IMG/VR virus record: IMGVR_UViG_3300009008_000003
DNA from: a virus
Length of the DNA stretch: 64,000 bases
Strand: one strand, 5' to 3'
Every line of letters begins with the position of its first letter. The first letter of the stretch is position 1. The notes below the pieces were generated by a model. The model was not told the origin of the DNA, did no database searches, and worked only from the letters and a program-made list of their open reading frames with translations. This document shows, in pieces, positions 56,104-64,000 of this stretch. Both the position numbers and the translations under genes were made by a program.

Positions 56104-56175
56104 TGCGAAAGACGGGAGTCGAACCACGTGACCTTCCGCAGCTCTTGCGGATACTATTCACTGAGCTACTTTCGC
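56104..56175 (-). pseudogene. Degenerate tRNA-like sequence
   Basis: Perfect acceptor GCGAAAG/CUUUCGC and UCCGC/GCGGA stem, but loop AAGAGCU lacks U33, D loop lacks GG, T stem is bulged. Confidence 0.55.
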
Positions 56176-56195
56176 TTATATAAAAAAGGAACAAT

Positions 56196-56221
56196 AAAAA
56201 AGGCGACCTATGGCCGCCTTT
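56196..56221 (-). terminator. Intrinsic terminator
   Basis: - strand AAGGCGGCC-ATA-GGTCGCCTT followed by a T run. Confidence 0.7.
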
Positions 56222-56348
56222 TAATAGTCAACTCGACCATGAAAAATTTTTAAGATGTATTTCTCCCTTGGTATAATACCGCCTTGGTAGACGGAATTAT
56301 AGCGCTAAAGACGAGATGTTTTTTCATTGTATCTTCCATGATAGAGTT

Positions 56349-56377
56349 ATTATACTAAAAATTGTATGAAATGTCAA
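56349..56377 (-). promoter_or_regulatory. Perfect-consensus sigma70 promoter
   Basis: TTGACA-17 nt-TATAAT. Confidence 0.85.
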
Positions 56378-56650
56378 ATAGCCCTGCAGCAAGTCCAGGG
56401 CATGGAGGCTGCTCTTTTGGATGCCTCTTTCGCCAACCTGTCACCTAAAAATCCATGCTCCGGTCTCCCAGCTACACTTCGTTACCTTTAGGTCAATCTC
56501 TACTGGCATTGTCTATATATAAACGGACTTTCCCGTACCAGTCTACCAAGACCTTATCTGGCTGACTCCACCTGTACCTGTATAGGGTCAGGAATCAAGT
56601 CTAATTAAATAGGAGCTTAACATGAAAAGTTAAACACCATCTGCGTATTT

Positions 56651-56661
56651 CTTATACCACA
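56651..56661 (-). promoter_or_regulatory. Extended -10 promoter motif TGTGGTATAAG (copy 2)
   Basis: Identical to 43403-43413. Confidence 0.5.
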
Positions 56662-56666
56662 AAATT

Positions 56667-57557
56667 TTAAAAATTTCCATAATTCACCTGAAAGCAAGGG
56701 AGCCCAAGATCTTTACGCCAAAGATCAACTACTTGATCTCTATCATCAAGGACGAATTCAACAAAGTATTTATCCTTAATATGCTTCTCGTAAAGCTCAC
56801 GTTTAACAATCGAGTCTTTTCGCGTATCTCCCGCAGCTCTCATAAAAACCTTATCATATACTATTGCATTTTTATCAAGCCATTCTATGCTTGCATCTTT
56901 AGCTACTCCGTCCCGACCTGACAAGATTATTATGCTAATTTTATAACCTTCGAAAAAGGCTGCCTGCGCTACTAATGAGGCCACAGGTTCATTGACTTTA
57001 TCGTCGCCAACTTTATCCCAATCAAAAGGTCCACGTTGACCAGCAAACAATGCAAGTGTTCCATCCAGATCAACAAGTATAGCTGCAGGCAAAGAGTTAT
57101 CCTGCTTAGCAGCAAAAGAAGCTTCAGGTGTCTTTACATACTGGTCATGCATATCACGAATAACCTTTTCGCCTACTGAATTGGGTCGGCCAAGATCACG
57201 CTTAATACATTCATCAAGTGGAAGATCAAAATCTTTTACCTCAACTATAATGTTGGTACCTTGGACCTGGTTAAAGGTCTTAACTAAGCTTTGTATAGTA
57301 GTCAGGTGTGATGGGTGAAAGTTAGTATCATCAATGATAACACTTTTGCCATCAGACAATGCTTTGAGCATTAAATCGTTTCTGACCTGTTTGACAAATT
57401 TCTCATTGTCTCTGGACCAATGACTTACATCAAGCATAGCACGAAGATCATCCTTGTTTATCCGCTTATACCTCCCAGGATGAGCAGCAACCATCTCTTT
57501 AGCCCAAGTGGATTTCCCGGAAGCGGGCAACCCTCTTAGGAAATGTACTTTTCTCAT
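56667..57557 (-). CDS. pseT: Polynucleotide 5'-kinase/3'-phosphatase
   Basis: GLPASGKST, RINKDDLR, DLDGT, SGR, DDRDQVV. Confidence 0.93.
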   Translation of the reverse strand: MRKVHFLRGLPASGKSTWAKEMVAAHPGRYKRINKDDLRAMLDVSHWSRDNEKFVKQVRNDLMLKALSDGKSVIIDDTNFHPSHLTTIQSLVKTFNQVQGTNIIVEVKDFDLPLDECIKRDLGRPNSVGEKVIRDMHDQYVKTPEASFAAKQDNSLPAAILVDLDGTLALFAGQRGPFDWDKVGDDKVNEPVASLVAQAAFFEGYKISIIILSGRDGVAKDASIEWLDKNAIVYDKVFMRAAGDTRKDSIVKRELYEKHIKDKYFVEFVLDDRDQVVDLWRKDLGLPCFQVNYGNF

Positions 57558-58663
57558 TTATTCTCCTTATGTTCAAAATCCCACCAAACCGCTTTCCAGA
57601 CGAGCTTCATTACCATTTTCTCTTTCTTATCCCACATGGCAAAGAGTAGTCCTGGGTCTTTATATCGTTGGAAAGTTTTGGCCACGTATTTACGTTCGTC
57701 TTCATCTCTTAATCTTGTATCAATAATGAAGTTTAAAGCATCCCAAGAATACTTAGCATAACTCTCCTTGAATTCCTTGACAAGTTTATCCACCCACTCC
57801 CAGTGTTCCTCAAGAACACCTTCTTTGAGCTTATCTATTTCGTCGTTTACAAGATACTCGAATACTTTCTTTGGAGTTAGGGATACACGCATGCGTTGTA
57901 ACTCCTTGTATTCTTCGAATTTAACCTTAACGCGAAGGTTGCTTGGACGATAGTGTACAACTACACCTTCCTTATTTTGGAAGATATCCTCTGTGCCCCG
58001 TTTTACAAGCTGATCAAAATCACTTTCATAAACTGTATGGCTTGGAGTATATTCTACCGGCATAGGAAATCCCGGGTTATAGTAATCTAGCTCTTCCCCG
58101 GTAGCTGTGTTGATAACCGTTATAAGATAAAGAGCTTCTTCATCTCCGTAATCAAGTACAAGCCTATCTTCGGCTCTATCTTCTGGGTAGATAATTTCGA
58201 ATTGATATGTGTAGTTGGGGTTAAGCTGATTCAGCAAGTGGCTATATTTTTTATTTAATATTTCATTAGCTCTTATAGCTTGCCGGGAGTCAAATGATCC
58301 TCTGGTAGCAATATAAGGCTTATCGCCCATGAAATACATAATGCCGGCATAACCATCTAGCTTATCTTGTATTACATAGTCATCGTCTGGTAGTACGATT
58401 CCCTGGTCTTTCAATTCATTATAATTAAAGAACTTAGGAATAGGACGAGAAATTATTTTAAACTCATTAGTAGATGTATCTACGATAAGACCTCTACACT
58501 GGCAGATAACGTCGTTCCAGCGCCAATTGAACATGGCCTTATGAGCATAGTTATAAATAACTAAAGCGGGGTTGTCAGGATGTACTTGTTTTCTTATATA
58601 TCCCTCAAGGATCATTTCGTCAATGGCGAATTCGTCCTCCATTGTCAAGATTCTATTAAGCAT
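57554..58663 (-). CDS. rnlA: RNA ligase 1 (T4 RnlA-like)
   Basis: CRGLI, KFFN, KLDG, ATRGSF, FEII, EGVVV, RVKVK.EEY. Confidence 0.9.
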   Translation of the reverse strand: MLNRILTMEDEFAIDEMILEGYIRKQVHPDNPALVIYNYAHKAMFNWRWNDVICQCRGLIVDTSTNEFKIISRPIPKFFNYNELKDQGIVLPDDDYVIQDKLDGYAGIMYFMGDKPYIATRGSFDSRQAIRANEILNKKYSHLLNQLNPNYTYQFEIIYPEDRAEDRLVLDYGDEEALYLITVINTATGEELDYYNPGFPMPVEYTPSHTVYESDFDQLVKRGTEDIFQNKEGVVVHYRPSNLRVKVKFEEYKELQRMRVSLTPKKVFEYLVNDEIDKLKEGVLEEHWEWVDKLVKEFKESYAKYSWDALNFIIDTRLRDEDERKYVAKTFQRYKDPGLLFAMWDKKEKMVMKLVWKAVWWDFEHKENK

Positions 58664-59106
58664 AGTTCCTCCAATATTGGTTTAAGCACTTTCTTCTGCG
58701 CTTCGTTTACCATAAATAATAACATGGTTCCATCAACCAAGAGATAATCGTCTACCTCTGGTTTTGTTTTTCTATCTATATCTGAAACAAAAGTAGAGGC
58801 ACATTTAAGTTTAGATAAATCTATTTCGTGTACTTGTATAGAAAATACAGCCATATTTTTATTTTTTATATATGAGTAAGTATCGTGGTAGGTTATAGCA
58901 GACGCGGCTACCCCGTCGTCATCAAAAACCAGTCCGGTTTCTTCTTCCACTTCTCTAAGCGCAGTACTTATTAGAAGTTCGCCATCTTCTTGAACACCTT
59001 TCGGCAGAGACCAGAAATCATGTTCGGTTACATGGCATAGCAATATCCTGTTGGTTTTTTTATCTATTATTATAGTTGCAGCTGTTGTAACCATTTTGAT
59101 CTCCAA
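58645..59106 (-). CDS. NUDIX hydrolase
   Basis: PKG...GE....ALREVEEETG. Confidence 0.9.
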   Translation of the reverse strand: MEIKMVTTAATIIIDKKTNRILLCHVTEHDFWSLPKGVQEDGELLISTALREVEEETGLVFDDDGVAASAITYHDTYSYIKNKNMAVFSIQVHEIDLSKLKCASTFVSDIDRKTKPEVDDYLLVDGTMLLFMVNEAQKKVLKPILEELCLIES

Positions 59107-59111
59107 TTAAA

Positions 59112-59138
59112 TAAGCGGGGCAGTTGCCCACCCCGCAT
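59112..59138 (-). terminator. Probable terminator after nadV
   Basis: - strand GCGGGG-TGGGCAACTG-CCCCGC followed by TTATTT. Confidence 0.55.
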
Positions 59139-59143
59139 ATTGA

Positions 59144-60529
59144 TTAACTATTTATTCTAGCGCGTACTTCTTCGAAAGTAGTGGGATTAACTACTTTACC
59201 GTTCTCGAATACTGTCTGTAAAAGATCCGGTGCCGCTGGAAAAGAATCTTCAGGTTCGGTTGTGTATGTACTATCGCCGGTTAGCATGAGTTTCAGACGA
59301 CCTCGTTTGGAATTCTTAGAAGCCATTGTCTTTGGCTCTTTGTAGATATCGCGGTGTTCACCATCAACGACAGCATCGCAGCATTTGAAAGCAAACTGGC
59401 AGGTATCGCGATCAAACTTTTGCAGTAAACCGCCGCCGGAACCAAAAGCTATATTATCAGCTGAGAATTTTTCAGCTTTCATAGCTGATAGGATTGTCCT
59501 GATCATTTCGCGGTCAATTCCATCGCCTTGGATAATACGCACGTGTGGATCCAAAACACGATAACCCTTATCGTTGGTAGTTCCCCCGAAACGCTCCCAA
59601 AGAATACGTAGTACATTGAGTACCACTGTAGGAGGATCACCGCTATCCGGACGTATCACAAGAGTGCCCTCGCGTGAAAGAACTTCTTCTTTCAATGCTG
59701 TTCCCCAAAGATTACGACAGGCATTGTAGATATCGTATTGATCCGAAACACAGGCTACCAGGCCGGTTGGGTACTTTACCAGCATGTTGCGGAAGGCCTC
59801 TACTTCGCCGTCTTTGAGCCAAGCTGTCATAGTACTATGTTCTGAGGCAGGAATAGAGAACCCGATTTCTTTGTACTTGCCGTCATAATACTCGTTGGCA
59901 AAATGAAGCGCTGGTAGGGTGTCTGTCCCCAAGAAGCTGGTCAAATGTGCCATACCGCCTATACCGGCTTGTTCCATGCAGGTTACCCCGCGACAACCGA
60001 AATCATGTAATTTGAAGCCGATTGTTTCTGGGGTGCCCGTGGCTTCCAGGAATTCAAGAATGATTTTCTTGCATTCGTAAGAGTTTGTTGCTATTGTGGT
60101 TGGATACCATGTTTGTACTAGCAACGTCTCCAAATAATTTGTTAACCAATAGAATTCCGGGTCGGTATTTTCAACTGTCATCAAAACATTCCTTATAGGG
60201 ATCTTAGTGCCCTCTGGAACAGCTTTAATACGGATAGGCAAAATACCACCATGCTTTTCATATAGATGTCCCCAGCCCGCCAGATTAAACAACTCTTTGT
60301 TGCCGAAATGGTGGCCAGCGATAGTCTCTGCTTCCAGTACATCACTCGGGGTAAATGCTATGCCTTCAAAAAACCTTTTGATTATGTATTGAAGACCAAA
60401 AAAGATTGTTGCAGGGAATTCTCCTCCGCGCGATTCGAAGTAAGAATACACCTGCTCGGTACATGGCGGATACTGGGGCCAGTGAGTCATTTTATAGCTG
60501 TCAGTCAGCATCAGAAGATTGTTCAGCAT
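59144..60529 (-). CDS. nadV: Nicotinamide phosphoribosyltransferase
   Basis: TDSYK..H, HDFG.RG, SIPASEHS, IRPDSG, IQGDG, FGSGG. Confidence 0.95.
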   Translation of the reverse strand: MLNNLLMLTDSYKMTHWPQYPPCTEQVYSYFESRGGEFPATIFFGLQYIIKRFFEGIAFTPSDVLEAETIAGHHFGNKELFNLAGWGHLYEKHGGILPIRIKAVPEGTKIPIRNVLMTVENTDPEFYWLTNYLETLLVQTWYPTTIATNSYECKKIILEFLEATGTPETIGFKLHDFGCRGVTCMEQAGIGGMAHLTSFLGTDTLPALHFANEYYDGKYKEIGFSIPASEHSTMTAWLKDGEVEAFRNMLVKYPTGLVACVSDQYDIYNACRNLWGTALKEEVLSREGTLVIRPDSGDPPTVVLNVLRILWERFGGTTNDKGYRVLDPHVRIIQGDGIDREMIRTILSAMKAEKFSADNIAFGSGGGLLQKFDRDTCQFAFKCCDAVVDGEHRDIYKEPKTMASKNSKRGRLKLMLTGDSTYTTEPEDSFPAAPDLLQTVFENGKVVNPTTFEEVRARINS

Positions 60530-61493
60530 TGTTTTCTTCCTCCAGTTTGAGATAATCTACCAAAGCGGCTTTTAACACGGTATGTGCAGGAACCATTTGC
60601 AATCCCACATGGTTATCTGTAAGATGTTTGAAGGGGATCCATTTTACTTCAACGATATCGTCAGCAAATTTAGCAGCACCATATAAATAATCTACGGCAA
60701 AGAAAGCTGTTGTAACTTTATCGTCTTCGTTTTTATATCGCCAATCATCTATGAAATAGCTACCTATATAAGAAGGGGGTCCGAATTCCATGTCATAGGC
60801 AGTTTCTTCCCTGGCTTCACGTCTGGCAGCTTCTTCGAAAGATTCTCCTGGATCTACATGGCCGCCTATAAAACGCCAACCTTTTTCCCCCTCTTTTCTG
60901 CCAAGCAGCACTTCTTCCTTATTCCGATTCAGTATGGCTATGTCAACTGTGGAAATTACAGCAGGAAATTTATTACGAGTTGCCCAGACTACTCCGGCTC
61001 TAAATTCTGGAGTATCGATTACTCTATTACCAAGTCTATTCCTCAGCTCGGTACCTCGGTACTCTTTAACATATTCCCGGGGTACCAGTTCTTGTGTTGG
61101 GTATTTGCCGGAATAGTGCGCTATGAAAGAGTCTGTACCGCCGTACAGTAAAGCAGTTTGTCTTGGCCCTAGCAAATGATGTATCCCCGCGTCTAGCGAT
61201 ATAGACCAGGTTTCATCGCTGAGACAATCAGAAATAGGACAAATAGCCATTTTTGAAAAGTCTTCTGGGAAGCTGCTGGCAATCATTTGTTGCCTACTCA
61301 TGTAATCTAGTGGATTTCTGGAGGTTGTTGGCTGATGGCCTATGCCTAGAAATATGATGACCTTATCATGGCGATCCAATACTGTCTGTATTAAATCTTT
61401 GTGGACTCTGGTCAACTCATGTACTTGGAATCGACCTACAATCACTCCTACATCAGCTTCTTGTATGGATTTATTTTCCATTTTTACCTCCAT
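60501..61493 (-). CDS. nadM: Bifunctional NMN adenylyltransferase/ADP-ribose pyrophosphatase
   Basis: IVGRFQ..ELT..H; Nudix box GGHVDPGESFEEAARREAREET. Confidence 0.9.
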   Translation of the reverse strand: MEVKMENKSIQEADVGVIVGRFQVHELTRVHKDLIQTVLDRHDKVIIFLGIGHQPTTSRNPLDYMSRQQMIASSFPEDFSKMAICPISDCLSDETWSISLDAGIHHLLGPRQTALLYGGTDSFIAHYSGKYPTQELVPREYVKEYRGTELRNRLGNRVIDTPEFRAGVVWATRNKFPAVISTVDIAILNRNKEEVLLGRKEGEKGWRFIGGHVDPGESFEEAARREAREETAYDMEFGPPSYIGSYFIDDWRYKNEDDKVTTAFFAVDYLYGAAKFADDIVEVKWIPFKHLTDNHVGLQMVPAHTVLKAALVDYLKLEEENNAEQSSDAD

Positions 61494-61875
61494 TTAGTAA
61501 CAGGAATATTGTTTCTTGACTATCTATAAAAGGAGCGTATTCGGGGGAGTTATCTATCAATATACCTACCTTGAATTCTTTGCATAGCTCCCCTTTAGAC
61601 TTCCACCAGGTTTCATCGTCTGTCCACCAGGTCCCTTTCTCATCTAGTTTCATTACGGCATTTTTATAGTGCAAATAGTCTACGATGGAAATTACATGAT
61701 CAAAATGTATTCCTCTCTTGTACCCATATTTTTCCAACTTGCGAACAACGTCGGGTCTGGGCGGTCCCGACATGATAGATATATCTATCCCGTTGTCTTT
61801 TAAAAGTGCCATTATTGGCTGGAAAATGTTGGGATATTCTGTTAACACCCCGTGCATGTCGAAAGCTATGTGCAT
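61471..61875 (-). CDS. HAD-like phosphatase homolog
   Basis: IAFDMHGVL, SG, LIDN. Confidence 0.6.
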   Translation of the reverse strand: MHIAFDMHGVLTEYPNIFQPIMALLKDNGIDISIMSGPPRPDVVRKLEKYGYKRGIHFDHVISIVDYLHYKNAVMKLDEKGTWWTDDETWWKSKGELCKEFKVGILIDNSPEYAPFIDSQETIFLLLNGGKNGK

Positions 61876-61886
61876 GATTACCTCAT

Positions 61887-62384
61887 TTATAAATAACCCT
61901 CTGCTATCCTTTTTATATTTTCAACGTGTTCGTCTAAAGTAGTTGCTATATTCGCTGCAGTTTTTTTATTGACGAGATCAACTTGTATTCTAACGTCTTG
62001 TTCCCTAAGGTAGCCAGGTTCTATGCCAATGGTGACAATATCTGGTACCCAAGAATTATATAGACCCGCAATTGCTAGGTTTCGTCCTAGTTCGTACATG
62101 CATATAGGTTGAACAGACGCGCTGTTAACAAACCACATGCTGAAGATATCACAGCTATTTATTGCCTGAAATTCCCATTCTACCTGTTCTCTAGCGGCTG
62201 ATGGATCATCTATAGGAAAATTTTTTCTCCTTGGATTGAGCAAAAGCATATCTTCGTCTTTTAATTTTTCTACAACTTCATCTTGCCATGTCGGGCAGTT
62301 TGTTATTCCGCCGGCTAAAAATACAACCGGTATACTAAATTCATACCTGTCTTTTATAGAGTCAGGTGCTGTTATTAATTTCAT
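61887..62384 (-). CDS. Nucleoside 2-deoxyribosyltransferase-like protein
   Basis: VFLAGGI..CPTWQ, LNPRR, QVEWE, PICMYELG. Confidence 0.85.
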   Translation of the reverse strand: MKLITAPDSIKDRYEFSIPVVFLAGGITNCPTWQDEVVEKLKDEDMLLLNPRRKNFPIDDPSAAREQVEWEFQAINSCDIFSMWFVNSASVQPICMYELGRNLAIAGLYNSWVPDIVTIGIEPGYLREQDVRIQVDLVNKKTAANIATTLDEHVENIKRIAEGYL

Positions 62385-62395
62385 TTAAATTTTCC

Positions 62396-62728
62396 TTATA
62401 AAGCCATAACCAAAGCTATCCATACTATATGTAATAACTGATCTGTTACTATGTACCCTAGTGGGAACATTGGGTGATCTTCCTTCAGGAAGTTTTTTCT
62501 ATTAAAAGTTCGTAACCACCAGGATACGAATTGTGTTCTGTCTATTGCGTAGTGTTGTACTGCTATTAGCAAAAATTTCCACCATACCATTCCGGGAACT
62601 AGTAAGAATAAAACCATATATATGCACACATGGCGCAAACATATCAAGGTACTTTCTTTTTTTGCTAAAGCGGTGCCATCGCCTTGAAACAGCCAATCGC
62701 CAATAAAGTGTGCTAATAACCAATGCAT
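62396..62728 (-). CDS. DUF3307-like membrane protein
   Basis: LLAHFIGDWLFQ, L.H..IY, H..ID, DQLLH. Confidence 0.8.
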   Translation of the reverse strand: MHWLLAHFIGDWLFQGDGTALAKKESTLICLRHVCIYMVLFLLVPGMVWWKFLLIAVQHYAIDRTQFVSWWLRTFNRKNFLKEDHPMFPLGYIVTDQLLHIVWIALVMAL

Positions 62729-62998
62729 TTTACTCTCCTATATTGTCTCTGAGCTCCTCATTTAAATTGAATACATGGGTTTCCTTCAATTCATATTCAA
62801 CGATCTCACAAGATTCATATATACGTCTTCTACGATTATTAGGACCTAAATATTTTCTTAACATAGAAAGGTGACTTCTTTAATGGTCCGAATCTCCAAG
62901 TTTTGCCACCCTTGGTAAAGCGTGGGTAACTTCCCCCGTTAGAAAATTTACCCTCTGGGTTTCTTATTTTATATAATTTCATTTTTATGCTCCTAGAA

Positions 62999-63030
62999 TA
63001 AAAAAAAGCCCGCCGTATTGACGGGCTTTC
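62999..63030 (-). terminator. Intrinsic terminator
   Basis: - strand AAAGCCCG-TCAATACGG-CGGGCTTT followed by a T run. Confidence 0.8.
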
Positions 63031-63061
63031 GATCATATCATCTCGGCAATAAACCTAATAT

Positions 63062-64000
63062 TTAAGGTTTAATACCGGTTTCACGGGAAGATGGACGAGT
63101 ATCAACTTCAAAAGCTCCCATTACTTCTGCCATCTTGAGATCAAGTAATCCCTGGATAGAAGCATCGTACGGAGCTACGCCACCGGAACCGTCGTCAGTA
63201 GCAGTTCCTCCTGCAAAGAAGTAGGTAGGTACGGGACGATAACGAACCGCCTCGGCATTTGCCAGGCCTACTGTTTCCAGCGTTTTCATCTTAAGCTCGA
63301 ATCCGCCATCAGCATAGAATACAGAACGACGATAATTAGCATCGGCGGCTGCTTCCATGTCGCGTGCTTTCTTGTAGTTGCGAGCTTCTTCAACACGGAT
63401 TTCAGCAACCGAGCGTTTACGTGCAGCTTCAATAGTAGCAGTGAGTGAATCAACACGGGCCTGTTCAATCACCGGTGCAAGTTCTTGTAGCTTAGCATAC
63501 CGAGCTTCCGTAACCGCTTTGCGGCCCTGGAACTCGGCACGTTCAGCTTCAGACTTGGCAAGCTCAGATTGCGCCCGGGCTGTTTGGATTTCAGAATTAA
63601 TCTGTTTCTGTCTATCCTGTTGGGCCTCGACGCGGGCGTCATATTTAAACTGTTCAATGTTGAACATGTCTGCCATTATACCATAGGTATCAAAAATACC
63701 AGTAGTTGATCTCAGCGGGGTTATGCCGTCGTCTGCGTATAAAATACGAGCTACAGTACGTTTCTGGGTTTTAGGCGGAGACATGGTAGAATCCACCACA
63801 ACACGTTCGTTGGTTTCATATTGATAGTCACCGTATAGCAACTGATCGATACATAATTCGTAGAACCGTTGGCGACCATCGCCTTGCCAGGTTTCGCGAG
63901 CTTCAAAGACCGGACCTGTTTTCTTGATAGCATTAATAAGACGCGGGTGGATCATGTTTTGCGATAGATCTTCAATGCCGGTAAAATTATGCTCTGTTCG
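63062..64000 (-). CDS. SPFH/band-7-like protein (5' partial; the frame stays open to the window end)
   Basis: Ala/Glu-rich coiled coil (AQSELAKSEAERAE) after a YGI.....NI domain typical of SPFH proteins. Confidence 0.65.
   Translation of the reverse strand, partial: RTEHNFTGIEDLSQNMIHPRLINAIKKTGPVFEARETWQGDGRQRFYELCIDQLLYGDYQYETNERVVVDSTMSPPKTQKRTVARILYADDGITPLRSTTGIFDTYGIMADMFNIEQFKYDARVEAQQDRQKQINSEIQTARAQSELAKSEAERAEFQGRKAVTEARYAKLQELAPVIEQARVDSLTATIEAARKRSVAEIRVEEARNYKKARDMEAAADANYRRSVFYADGGFELKMKTLETVGLANAEAVRYRPVPTYFFAGGTATDDGSGGVAPYDASIQGLLDLKMAEVMGAFEVDTRPSSRETGIKP

Noticed and set aside
56525-56534. GGGAAAGUCC resembling the RNase P RNA 5' P4 motif
   Set aside because: The complementary 3' P4 consensus (ACAGAA...GGCUUA) was not found
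1-64000. Stop-codon recoding, as in some jumbo phages
   Set aside because: Conserved genes are full length in the standard code and no suppressor anticodon was found

Overview
64 kb of a large, AT-rich, myovirus-type (probably jumbo) phage genome in the standard genetic code. Bases 1-7.7 kb (+ strand) hold virion and repair genes: a beta-helix protein, nucleotidyltransferase, SNF2 helicase, LigD-type ligase, tail completion protein, sheath and tube. They end at a bidirectional terminator. The rest is on the - strand: family A DNA polymerase, a sigma70 factor, four proteins sharing an N-terminal NEYGxY tag, and a ubiquitin-like module (E1, JAB, GG-terminated Ubl fusion, possible E2-like domain), then dUTPase and RecU. 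A 17-kb glycan island follows, containing a complete 2-hydroxyethylphosphonate pathway (cytidylyltransferase-PepM, split Ppd, Fe-ADH, TagF-like transferase). After ThyX comes a 17-kb RNA-rich region with about 16 canonical tRNAs and a tmRNA. It also holds several tRNA-shaped RNAs whose anticodon arm is replaced or distorted, a circularly permuted tRNA-like RNA, a 23S rRNA L11-binding-domain look-alike, a half group I intron and a 248-bp quasi-palindrome. RNA repair (PNKP, two RNA ligases) and NAD salvage (NadV, NadM-Nudix) genes come last. All assignments rest on motif recognition and by-eye folding; no database searches were run.
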